Shown here piece by piece: positions 1 through 11,643 of a stretch of DNA of 64,000 nucleotides (the stretch's first letter is position 1; every line of letters begins with the position of its first letter). The DNA lies in NCBI RefSeq assembly GCF_006345805.1, contig NC_043002.1:14508001-14572000 (forward strand), read 5' to 3'. Origin of the DNA: Octopus sinensis (Eukaryota). Under the pieces are notes generated by a model that did no database searches, was not told the DNA's origin, and saw only the letters and a program-made list of their open reading frames with translations. Both the position numbers and the translations under genes were made by a program.

Positions 1-70
1 GACTAAAGGCGGTGCTCTAGCGTGGCCGCAGTCAAATGACTGAAACAAGTAAAAGAGTAAAAGAGTAAAA
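1..70 (+). mobile_element. 3' tail of family-A tRNA-derived SINE
   Basis: GACTAAAGGCGGTGCT...CAGTCAAATGACTGAAACAAGTAAAAGAGTAAAAGA matches the 3' end of the full copy at 1826-2257. Confidence 0.85.
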
Positions 71-123
71 GCTATTTTGGCAAGCCAATATGTAAATATA
101 TATCTGTAAATGTAATATATGAC

Positions 124-364
124 AATTATTCGGTAGCCATGATAAAGTTCCCAGTTTCGGATGTTGGGGTAGAAAACCACACCGCCTTCTCTTCAGTTAT
201 CCGGCTATCGGAAAAAATGCTATGAAAATGACTGTTAAACAAAGGGAAATTAACGGTAATTTCCATACCATTTTTTCCGATGGCCGGATACATGAAGAGA
301 CAGCGTTGTGGATTTCCACCCCGATATCCGAAGCTTGGAGTTTTATCATGGCTACTGAATAATT
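124..364. mobile_element. Foldback/palindromic MITE-like element: 115-bp arms, 11-nt loop
   Basis: 124-238 is the reverse complement of 250-364 with 19 mismatches and no indels by hand alignment; loop ACAAAGGGAAA. Confidence 0.8.
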
Positions 365-487
365 CTCCCATATTACGTTTACAGATAAATTCCTCTATTT
401 TGCATAATATCGAGGTCTCTTTCATTCTTTTGTTGTGTTACCGTTTCTAACAATACATGTATACATATATATACATGCATACGCGCG

Positions 488-529
<42 letters not shown>

Positions 530-559
530 TATTATTTCAATTATGAATGTTTAATAATT

Positions 560-697
560 GAATGATGTGAGTTAAAACCACCGTTTTGATTTCAACATTT
601 GTCTGTTTATTAGCAAAGTCTCATTAAAAATGATTTTTTAAACCTCAGAATTAAAAGGTTTTGATTTACTCTCAGGTAACTTTTGGCCAACCCTGTA
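560..697. mobile_element. One end of a Tc1/mariner-type MITE (TIR CAGGGTTGGCCAAAAG, TA flank)
   Basis: CTCAGGTAACTTTTGGCCAACCCTG|TA at 671-697; same terminus as the element at 30513-30680. Left boundary is approximate. Confidence 0.55.
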
Positions 698-1825
698 TGC
701 ATACATGCACAGATATAAATGCATATATATATATATACACATATACTTACATGAACACAAACATATTTACATGTGTATGTATGTATGTATATATGTATGT
801 GCGTGTGTGTGTGCATATGCACTCATAATAATAATTTGCAGCATTTGTATTATATTGTGTAACTTCAATCTCCTGGGGTGATGCATATCACGAAATGTTT
901 GGTGATAGCGAGTAGAAATGAAATTAATTTTACCAGAAAATAATCAACATAGTGTGCAGAGCTTTAAAATCACTCTTGAAATTATCTGTAAATATCTAAA
1001 CATGTAAAATGCTCAAGTCCTGAGGGAAGAAGCAGATAAATATTTCTCTTTATTTTATAATACATTAAATGCAGCCAATTTTGTTATAGAAAATCGTTTT
1101 TACTCTGTATTCATTAATGTACAGATATTTGAGTCTATAAAGAGAGTTTAATATCCTTAAGCTTATATATTTAAATATAGTGGCAATCTATATTACACAA
1201 TGTACATTAAATTAAATATCTATTAAAAATTTTCCAGATTTAAGGCCTGTTTCCTGATTTTTATTACGATCTTCTAGTATGAAAGGCAAACCAGGAGAAA
1301 ACAATATTGAGATTGGAAAGACACCTGCTTTATTTTTTCAACAAAACATAATTTATATTCGCGAATTATATTATAGAAAAGTGCCAATTCTTTTGTGACT
1401 TCGTACAAACATTTCGATTGCCTGTGTTACTATAAATGAATGCGTTCAACCATATTTTCCCTTCTAACATGGATCGTGATAAGCACCTGAATTTGTAACC
1501 CTAGTGGATGGACAAATTGTATTAGTTAGATATTAATGCGATATAATGCTGTTGAAACCCTTTCGCTAGAGGCTTTCAGTTCTATCCGAACATTGTGTAC
1601 GTAAAATCGTATAACATTTAGCAATTTGGTAATATCTAAATCATTGTGTTATACACACCTCGCAACAATGAGTGCACAACTTTTCTTTTAGGGTTTTATC
1701 TGCAATTAGAGATAAATCAATAAAAACAGAACATTAATTTGGTTTGAAGAGAGATATATAGTGTTAATTCAAATATTCTTCCACCTTTCGGGCGAAGGAC
1801 CGCACCCGGGTCCTATTTTATTTAT

Positions 1826-2257
1826 AGGCGCAGGAGTGGCTGTGTGGTAAGTAGCTTGCTAACCAACCACATGGTTCCGGGTTCAGTCTCACTGCGTGGC
1901 ATCTTGGGCAAATGTCTTCTGCTATAGCCTCGGGCCGACCAAAGCCTTGTGAGTGGATTTGGTCGACGGAAACTGAAAGAAGCCTGTCGTATATATGTAT
2001 ATATATATATATATAAGTGTGTGTGTATATGTTTGTGTGTCTGTGTTTGTCCCCCTAGCACTGCTTGATAACCGATGCTGGTATGTTTACGTCGCCGTCA
2101 CTTAGCGGTTCGGCAAAGGAGACCGATAGAGTAAGTACTGGGCTTACAAAGAATAAGTCCCGGGGTCGATTTGCTCGACTAAAGGCGGTGCTCCAGTATG
2201 GCTGCAGTCAAATGACTGAAACAAGTAAAAGAGTAAAGTGTAAAGAGTAAAAGAGTA
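1826..2257 (+). mobile_element. Full-length family-A tRNA-derived SINE (octopus-type)
   Basis: tRNA-like head AGGCGCAGGAGTGGCTGTGTGGTAAG...GGTTCCGGGTTCAGTC, internal (TA)/(TG) tract, tail GACTGAAACAAGTAAAAGAGTAAA; many homologues in the window. Confidence 0.9.
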
Positions 2258-2731
2258 TCCTTTAAATTATATTGTTACCCAAAACGCTCACTCTGGTACT
2301 TCCTTAAACGGAAATCAAAATACTGTCTGATGCACATGACAGTTTATGTATAGAATATTTTACAACTATCATTCCTTGAGAAACTGACAAACATTTAAAC
2401 GACAATTCTGCGTATGTTGATACGTCAGACAAATTTTATGGCAATTTTGATAGTGTCAAATATATACTTATGTAGCTATAAACATAAGTATGTACATAAC
2501 ATATAATACAGCGGATTCGAATGTGTCATTAGATGTTTCGGAAAAAGAGAACCTTTATGGTGAACATATTCAGAAGTTACCGATCTTGTTTTGTGGCTGT
2601 AAACTCTCATTTATGGTTATCACCATACGGAAGTATGAGGGTTTTTTTTAAAGAAAGAGCAAGAGAACCTGGGGTGCATCAACTAAATTCAGTCTATTAG
2701 TGACTCATTGTAAATTTTTAAGATATTAATC

Positions 2732-2888
2732 TATAGTGAACAAAAGCGCAAATTATAGTGAACAAATTATAGTGAACAGTTATAGTGAACAAATTATAGT
2801 GAACGAATTTTAGTGAACAAATTATAGTGAACGAATTTCAGTGAACAAATTATAGTAAACGAATTTTAGTGAACAAAAGCGCAAATTA
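2732..2888. repeat. 14-bp minisatellite (TTATAGTGAACAAA, about 9 copies) bracketed by GTGAACAAAAGCGCAAATTA direct repeats
   Basis: Units visible directly; the 20-bp bracket occurs at 2737-2756 and 2869-2888. Confidence 0.85.
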
Positions 2889-3441
2889 CGTCTCTCGTAA
2901 CCTAGCTGTAAATTTTCGTTTCTACTTATCACCATAAATGAATTAAGAAATGAACATTGAATTCAGTTATAAGGTTATCATATCATAGAACTGTTACACG
3001 AGTTACATCACGTATCGGAGTATAATAGTCATATAACTTTATTTGGGAAAAACAATGAGGGAATGGATTTTGGTGGCGCATAAAATGCTTTAAACTATGG
3101 CTTCATATAATAAATGCCATCATTAATTAGTCAAAATAAATACATGGTTAAATTTATGATATGAATTCGAGTTTTTATTTCATATTCGATAGACGTAAAA
3201 TATGTCGTCTCCTCGCTCAATCTTCCAAATTTATGTCCCATGGCAATAAACTCTTAATGCAAATACTGTTTATGGTATTTTTATTAGTGTAGCATTTTTA
3301 TTTATAACAGTAGTTGGTGGGTTTCAGTCATACATAATTAGGTGAGACAACTGCAAAATAAATTCTGACTGCTGTTTATAAATAAGATATAAATTTAAAT
3401 GGACATATTATACCGTGAGTGTGAGATAAGGAAGATAGAAG

Positions 3442-3504
<63 letters not shown>

Positions 3505-4066
3505 TGAGAAACAAAGATACAGCGTAATGAAAATTGAAAACTTATGATTGAATAAATACTGAAAACAAAATACATATACATGTACATACACTGAAGATAT
3601 ATTACCAACAGTTGTACGCATACTTGTACGTAAGACCAATGTTATGGCTATTTTGGCAAGCCAATATGTACATATATATGTAGTTATATACATGTGCATG
3701 CGTGTACGTAGAGCCCATCTGATGTGAACGTGTCATCAGTTCAGGAAATAGAGAATCTTTATGGGAAACCAATGCGGATATATAAGCTTTTGTAACCTAA
3801 CTCTAAATTTCCATTTGTTCATATCACCATAAATGCATTACACTTTCCATGTAAGGATTTGCGCTGAAGCCAAGAAATAGAAGGAATTTTCAAAGAAAGA
3901 AAGAAAAAAAAAACAACTTGTGTGCATGCTCCAAACATAGTCTATTACTGGTTCAATGATTTCTAGTAAGTCGTTCCGAAGTTTCTTTATCTGAGAGATT
4001 TTAATGAATATACGTAGCCTCGTATACATGTAAGCTGTGTCGTAAACACACACGTACATGCATAAA

Positions 4067-5069
4067 CACCTATTTCTTTACTACCCATAAGGGGCTAAAC
4101 AAAGAGGGGACAAACAAGGACAGACAAACGGTTTAAGTCGATTACATCGACCCCAGTGCGTAACTGGTACTTATTTAATCGACCCCGAAAGGATGAAAGG
4201 AAAAGTCGACCTCGGCGGAATTTGAACTCAGAACGTAAATAGAGACAAAATACCGATTTCTTTACTACCCACAAGGGGCTAAACAAGGACAAACAAACGG
4301 TTTAAGTCGATTATATTGACCCCAGTGCGTAACTGGTACTTATTTAATCGACCCCGAAAGGATGAAAGGAAAAGTCGACCTCGGCGGAATTTGAACTCAG
4401 AACGTAAATAGAGACAAAATACCGATTTCTTTACTACCCACAAGGGGCTAAACAAGGACAAACAAACGGTTTAAGTCGATTATATCGACCCCAGTGCGTA
4501 ACTGGTACTTATTTAATCGACCCCGAAAGGATGAAAGGAAAAGTCAACCTCGGCGGAATTTGAACTCAGAACGTAAATAGAGACAAAATACCGATTTCTT
4601 TACTACCCACAAGGGGCTAAACAAGGACAAACAAACGGTTTAAGTCGATTATATCGACCCCAGTGCGTAACTGGTACTTATTTAATCGACCCCGAAAGGA
4701 TGAAAGGAAAAGTCGACCTCGGCGGAATTTGAATTCAGAACGTAAATAGAGACAAAATACCGATTTCTTTACTACCCACAAGGGGCTAAACAAGGACAAA
4801 CAAACGGTTTAAGTCGATTATATCGACCCCAGTGCGTAACTGGTACTTATTTAATCGACCCCGAAAGGATGAAGGGCAAAGTCGACCTCGGCGGAATTTG
4901 AACTCAGAACGTAAATAGAGACAAAATACCGATTTCTTTACTACCCACAAGGGGCTAAACAAGGACAAACAAACAGATTAAGTCCATTATATCGACCCCA
5001 GTGCGTAACTGGTACTTATTTAATCAAAACCGAAAGGATGAAAGGAAAATACGACCTCGGAATTTGAAT
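4067..5069 (-). repeat. SINE-derived tandem array: one 184-bp unit followed by five 169-bp units (last truncated)
   Basis: Unit starts at 4067, 4251, 4420, 4589, 4758, 4927; the 169-bp units lack a 15-bp segment present in the first. Confidence 0.92.
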
Positions 5070-5107
5070 TTATTTGGATTTATTCCCTAATATTTATTAT
5101 TATTATA

Positions 5108-5169
<62 letters not shown>

Positions 5170-5955
5170 TGTGTGTGTATATATTTGTGTGTCTGTGTTT
5201 GTCCCCCTAGCACTGCTTGACAACCGATGCTGGTATGTTTACGTCCCCGTCACTTAGCAGTTCGGCAAAAGAGACCGATAGAATAAGTAGCGGCAGACGA
5301 AATACCTATTTCTTTACTCCCCACAAGGGGCTATACACAGAGGGGGCAAACAAGGGCAGACAAACAGATTAAGTCGATTAAATCGATCCCAGTGCGTAAC
5401 AGGTACTTATTTAATCGACCCCAACATGACGAAAGGCAAAGTCGGCCTCGGCGGAATTTGAACTCAAAACGTAGCGGCAGACGAAATAGCTATTTCTTTA
5501 CTACCCACAAGAGGCTACACACAGAAGGGACAAACAAGGACAGACAAACGGATTAAGTCGATTATATCGACCCCAGTGCGTAACAGGTACTTATTCAAAG
5601 ACGGCGAGCTGGCAGAATCGTTAGCACGCCGGGTGAAATGCGTAGCCGAATTTCGTCTGCTGTTACGTTCTGAGTTCAAATTCCGCCGAGGTCAACTTTG
5701 CCTTTCATCCTTTCGGGGTCGATTAAATAAGTACCAGTTACGCACTGGGGTCGATATAATCGACTTTATCCGTTCGTCTGTCCTTGTTTGACCTCTCTGT
5801 GTTTAGCACCTTGTGGGTAGTAAAGAAATAGGTACTTATTTAAGGATGAAAGGCAAATCAACCTCGGCGGAATTTAAACTCACAACGTAACGGCAGACGA
5901 AATGCGGCTGCGCATTTCAGCCGGCGTGCTAACGTTTCTGTCAGCTCGCCGCCTC
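4073..5955 (-). mobile_element. Composite family-B SINE (1.88 kb) with internal tandem array and nested insertions
   Basis: Head (reverse complement of AGGCGGCGAGCTGACAGAAACGTTAGC) at 5955; 3' end at 4073; 17-bp TSD ACATGCATAAACACCTA at 4056-4072 and 5956-5972. Confidence 0.9.
5596..5829 (+). mobile_element. Family-B SINE nested in opposite orientation inside another family-B SINE
   Basis: Head GACGGCGAGCTGGCAGAATCG; 11-bp TSD AGGTACTTATT at 5585-5595 and 5830-5840. Confidence 0.88.
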
Positions 5956-6189
5956 ACATGCATAAACACCTAAGCAGTAAAGAAACTCTTATGAGAGAAT
6001 CCTGAACACCCCACGTGGCTGAAGTTGGACTAACCAATTTCAATAAATAAGAGCTGAATGAACTGTCAACAGGGGGAGTCAACACCGTTTGTTTTTCCGT
6101 TCGGTTTAATCATTTTTGATCCCTGTTGGACGTGAGTCACATTGTTAACAACTTGTTGAAGTTCTCCCTAAGTGTTTTCTTCCCTATTT

Positions 6190-7009
6190 ATGGGTGAAGT
6201 GGGGAAGGAACGAGGGATGGAAGGCGAAACAGTTCCAGCTGGCAGCTGCGCTTCAGCCACTGAAGGAGGCTTAACTGCAAATTTATTACAGGTTCGAGAG
6301 TTGAAAATGGAGCAAAGGAGGTTGAAGGAGTTCAACAGACTTGTCGAAAAGGATGGAACCATTTTGAGGTTGACATCACTGGAAAGTTTGACAACGGACT
6401 GCGGTATGTAGAACGATGTCCATGACAACGAAAATAATGGAAATAGCTACAGTGGAAGCCATGGAAGAGTGCTTGATGGCGGTGAAAGGCCTCACAACAT
6501 TCTACACTAGAGGGAAGAGACGCGGCACATTGGAGGTGGGGTTCTCTAGCAAACAAGAAGCAATAAACCACTCCACTGCGGCGCTAAGGACCCCAGAGTG
6601 GGTACTCTTGCCAACTTACTGTGGCAAACAAGTGGCCAGAGTGAAGATTGGCAGAGTACCATCGGAGATTGAGGAGGCGTGACTGGTATCAGCAATTATG
6701 CATAATATAGAGGAAGACGCAAAGGTTTTTTAAAAATAACAAGGACGAAAGAGGTAAACTGTGGGGGTACGGCCTTGAAGTGGCCATCTAGGTCAGTTTG
6801 CAAGACACAAGATAGTGGAGGAGGTGGCACTGCCGGAAGATGTGAGATTGAGAGTAGTGGTGGAAGGAAAGCCTCCAACCTATTGCCTGTGTGGAGTAAG
6901 GGGACACCTGAGAGCAAGGTGTCCCCGGAAAGACAATGAAGGTGTAAAGGAAAAGAACCAGCAGGCTACTGAACGGGAACGGAGTGAAAGTGCCGACCCG
7001 AGTAAGTGA
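6190..7009 (+). pseudogene. Degenerate Gag/ORF1-like protein (Tx1/L1-type, RRM-like region plus CCHC knuckle)
   Basis: Frameshifted pieces ...EVGFSSKQEAINH...VARVKIGRVPSEIEEA*LVSAI...LRVVVEGKPPTYCLCGVRGHLRARCP; the last resembles a G-x-P-x-T-C-x2-C-x4-H-x4-C knuckle with the first Cys displaced; in-frame stops. Confidence 0.7.
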
Positions 7010-7336
7010 GAAGGCGTAAAATGGTGAGCAAAAAAATTGCTTGAAATTCTAATGACTGTAAAACATGCAAAAATGAAAAACAAAAGAGAAAAATAAAAAT
7101 TATATAAAGACGTTAAACTAAGACATTTAAATGATATTGCTTGCGAGTGGGGAGCATGCAGCCATTTGTCGGTCATTATTATAATTCATCCTCGATTCTT
7201 TCGTTCTGCGACTTTTGTCCCCACGGTGGTGTTCTGTTTGTGCTTCCCCTCTGTGTGTGAGCCTGAGAGCTTAAACAAGAGAAAAGTTGACGGTGTTAGT
7301 TCGACCGTGTTGGATTACCGTGTTAGGATGACGCGG

Positions 7337-7761
7337 GATCTTTTCGGTTTGAACGGCAGTTTTTTCTGGCGGTGTCATATAAAATTGTCACCCGTAATTA
7401 TGACCCTAGTATCGATCTATTGCATTTCAATCTGTTTTAGGGTTAGTGTTAGTTAGGGTTAGGGGTGGGTGGAAGGGTATCTTTTTTTTTCACAAATGTA
7501 AATAAACCCAATCTGTTTCTTAAACGAGGGACATATTCATACGGCACAGAATGATTTTTACCTCAATGGACGTCATTGATTGGTTAAAATTGCAGAAATT
7601 GAAGAAATTAAAATAACAAATATCTTACAAACCATAGAATGTTCTCAATAATGCCAAGGGAAAAAGATGTTTTATAAACACATTCTACCAGTATACGAAG
7701 TTTGAAATTTTTTAGTTACCTAGAAGTTATGTTAAAAACTGCCGTTCAAACCGAAAAGGTC
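7337..7761. mobile_element. MITE with 28-bp TIRs and internal TTAGGG-like tract
   Basis: GATCTTTTCGGTTTGAACGGCAGTTTTT (7337-7364) versus the reverse complement of 7734-7761, 1 mismatch; TTAGGGTTAGTGTTAGTTAGGGTTAGGG at about 7437-7464. Confidence 0.85.
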
Positions 7762-8118
7762 ATTTGACGCGTGTTGGTATAACAGCCAGTAGTTGAAGAG
7801 TGAATACTGAGTATAATACCTACATTCGAGTAGTACTGAGTGCGTTCTGTGTTAACATATATTTTGCTATAGGTTATTTTCAGATAACCACAATCAACTA
7901 ATTATTTGTGTAATATTATTTCACACCAGATGTGTATACCCACGTCATAACAAAAACATATTCTATTCTCACAGAACATAAATGGAGATACATAGATATA
8001 CACATATACACCGACTCAACCACAAATCCCGGTAACTCTGTCACCTTAAAAAAGTTTTGTCGCTTTGTTAGCGACTGAGTATGATAAATAAACATCAATG
8101 ATATACATGCATACATAT

Positions 8119-8167
<49 letters not shown>

Positions 8168-9967
8168 CAAACATAGATACAAGCTCACATAAATACATAC
8201 ATATATACGTACATGCATACATCCAGAAACACATGCATACTTGCAAGCATGTGCACACATGCAGTGTAATTAAATATCAGTATATATATATTACCGTAAT
8301 TAAGCACATTTAGAAGCAAATTTATGATATACAGATATAAGTGTGAGAATATATAAAGTAAATAACTATATATTTTAAAGAATTTATATTCTCTAAACAT
8401 TTCTATGATCTATTACCACTTTTTCAATGAAGTTTAATTTTCTCTTGATTTATTTAATCGAAATCATTGAACCTTTATTTCAATTTAACATTGTATATTT
8501 ATATATTCATATACATGGAAATCAACTTCCATTTGTCTCAATACTAATCTTTATACCTTATTATACACTCATTTGCATACATTTCTTTCTCTCCTAATAT
8601 CATGATTTAGAGTCTTATTCAATTTCATGATTAATTATATATATTTTCATTATACTCATTATGTATAATTAAATAGTAATTCAATGGAGAATGAAATTGA
8701 ATCAAATTTATTTGAAGTTAATTTCATTCAAATATTAATAGGAATTACACTTCAAATAACACGAGAACTGAATAGAAATTCTTGCTTAAAATGGTTGTTT
8801 ACATTTGTATATGCGTATCAGGCGCTTCGTTTTCTCTAATGTGAAACCACTAGATGCTTCGTAACTGTTCCTATCATTAACTATGTCCGTCAATATATTT
8901 TAGATAGAAAACAAAAATAACATTTATCTATCGTTCCGTAAAGTTATCAAAGTGCTTAACTATTTTTCAAATTTCTAACTCAGGTCGCTGGGCAAAATAT
9001 TTCTTTACAGAGCAACATCTACGTGACAGCATATACGTTTGATCATGGCATCGTTTCTTCTGCAATAATTTTTGTGTTTCGGAAAAAAAAAAAAAAAAAA
9101 AAAAAAAAAATTCGCACTCTCACTATCAGAAATGTTAATTCACGAAGAATAGCCTCGAAGTCACGACCACATACTATGATGAATAACCTAAAGCGAAAAT
9201 TAATTTACTGCTAATAGACACAGAAACACAAGTACACGCACAAACACATCTGTAGGTATATATATTATGCATTGTATATATACATATATAAGTATGAATA
9301 CACACACATACACGCACACGCACACACACAAGCATATATAAACATACAGGCATAATCGTGGAACACCTTCATGTTTCGGTTCCTTTGAACGGGGCTCTGG
9401 TCAGAGATGCTATTAGATAAAATATAAACATTCATTTTCCGTATAATTTGTTGTTAATAATAGACTGAAAGTTGACTGTATATGTTAAAGTGAAAGGAAA
9501 TCTTTCTTCGAATAGGAATGATTTAGGTTACTAGAGAAGTGTCTATGGGGCGTCTAAAGAGAATGACGCTTAAATAGCAGTTACACACACTTTCATACAT
9601 ATGTGCATGGAATAGAATATGCAGCGCTATTTTAAGTTTTAGATGCGCACTCATACATATGACGTGCACTTTAAATTTTCAATTTGACAAGCCATTCAGT
9701 TCCAGCCGATTTCATTCTGAGTGACAATACGTGAATCTGCAAGGGAGTAAGAAATCGACAGGAGAGAAGTGTAGTCTTCTCTGCTTTTCGCAGTTTCCAG
9801 GTCGATTATAATCTATATACATAGATACGAGGAAAAGTTTATATTACCGAGATTTGAACTCAGAGCCATGGAGAGCAGAACAAATTTCGCAAAGCAATTT
9901 ATACACTGGCACTCAATCACCATATATCTATAGTGTCTATAGGTATGTATTTATAAGTATATAGATG

Positions 9968-10038
<71 letters not shown>

Positions 10039-10082
10039 CATACATACATACATACATACAGATATATTATATATACATACAT

Positions 10083-10114
<32 letters not shown>

Positions 10115-10392
10115 CATACATATATATATATAATATATATAATACGTATATATATACATACATACATATATATTACATACATACATACATATATATATAC
10201 ATACATACATACATACATACATGCATACATGCGTACATACATGCATACATGCATACATACATGTATCTATATATATGTATGTATCTGTGTATAAATACAT
10301 GCGTACGTACATAATACATATTTTCATACATATATATATGTATAAGCTTATGTATATATGTGTATATATATACACATACATATAGACTCATA

Positions 10393-10449
<57 letters not shown>

Positions 10450-10488
10450 GGATATGTATGTGTATATATATCTATTGAGAGAGAAGAG

Positions 10489-10546
<58 letters not shown>

Positions 10547-11330
10547 TGAAAGAGGTGACTGAGATATAGAAAGTGAGGAATGCATAATAATTGAATCTTA
10601 TGTTTCAATAATCGATTACTCGATTAGGAATTTAGACAATGCTGAATTTTCAACAGTAACTGTTAAAATGGTTATAAAAGTGTCTGGTCTTTATACGATT
10701 ACGCAAATGTTTAAACTCTATTAAATAATATAGTAATAGTAACTTGACTCGATTTTTAATTGAGGCAACATAAATAAACAGTTAATTAATTAAACATTAA
10801 AGCAAATTACTCTTCTTATTTGCAAACAATTTCATTCTGGTCTTACTAACGACGTATCAATAACATAGAAATAAAGAGAGTATTTAACTAACTAAAAATA
10901 TCTTCTAGTTTGAAAGTAATACAATTACATTGAATCTTGTTAGTCTACAAAATGTGGTCGGGGCATTTATTGATTTCGTATAATTTACAAGATGTTACAA
11001 TCATTTTATATGATTTAGCTCTTCATACATTATTATTAAAAATATTGCAGCGGTCAATATATAACTATTTGCAAACTCTTGGCAAACGACTACAGACGAG
11101 CCATACCAAATTTCACTTGAATTCAATTCAAATGTTTATTTTGAGTGTTGTTGAGTGACGCATTAACGACATACCCCATGCATTCATATTGGTCAACCGC
11201 CGTAATCTAGATGGATGTTTTGAAATGAATCGATAACTACGCCACTCAGAGAATCTCATCATAGTCATTTGCTCTGCTAGATATAGCTAACAAAATGCTT
11301 ATGAAATATTACCCAAGCTACATATTTTGC

Positions 11331-11643
11331 GGAAGCATATGGCCTAGTGGTTAGAGCAGCGGACTCGCGGTCGAGGGATCGCGGGTTCGAATCTCAGACC
11401 TGGTGATGTGTGTGCTTATGAGCGAAACACATAAGCTCCAGGCGGCTCCGGCAGAAAGTAATGGCGAATTTCGGCTGACTCTTTCGCCACAACTTTCTCT
11501 CACTCTTTCCTCCTGCATTTTGCTGCTCACCTGCGGCAGACTGGCGTCCCGTCCAGGTGGGGAACCTATACGTCAAGGAAACCGGGAAACCTGCCCTTAT
11601 GAGCCAGGCGTGGCTCGAAAAGGAACAAAGTAAAAAAAGAAAA
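11331..11643 (+). mobile_element. tRNA-derived SINE (OR-like head), full length
   Basis: A-box TGGCCTAGTGG and B-box GGTTCGAATCT; 11-bp TSD ACATATTTTGC at 11320-11330 and 11644-11654; homologue at 47483-47776. Confidence 0.88.

Noticed and set aside
4095-4968. Repeated 60-65 aa ORF MSLFSPLWVVKK... (and similar MRNWY.../MRNRY... ORFs elsewhere)
   Set aside because: Incidental frames of the family-B SINE body; not a protein repeat or gene family
4067-5069. CRISPR-like appearance of regularly spaced repeats (also 14210-14946)
   Set aside because: Whole 169/184-bp units are repeated with no unique spacers, no cas genes, and the context is eukaryotic
7437-7464. TTAGGG-like tract as an interstitial telomere
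   Set aside because: Only about four degenerate units and located inside a TIR-bounded MITE
11331-11405. Possible tRNA genes at SINE heads (also 21886, 42783, 44960-45038, 47483)
   Set aside because: A/B boxes are present but acceptor and anticodon stems do not close, and each runs into a SINE body flanked by TSDs
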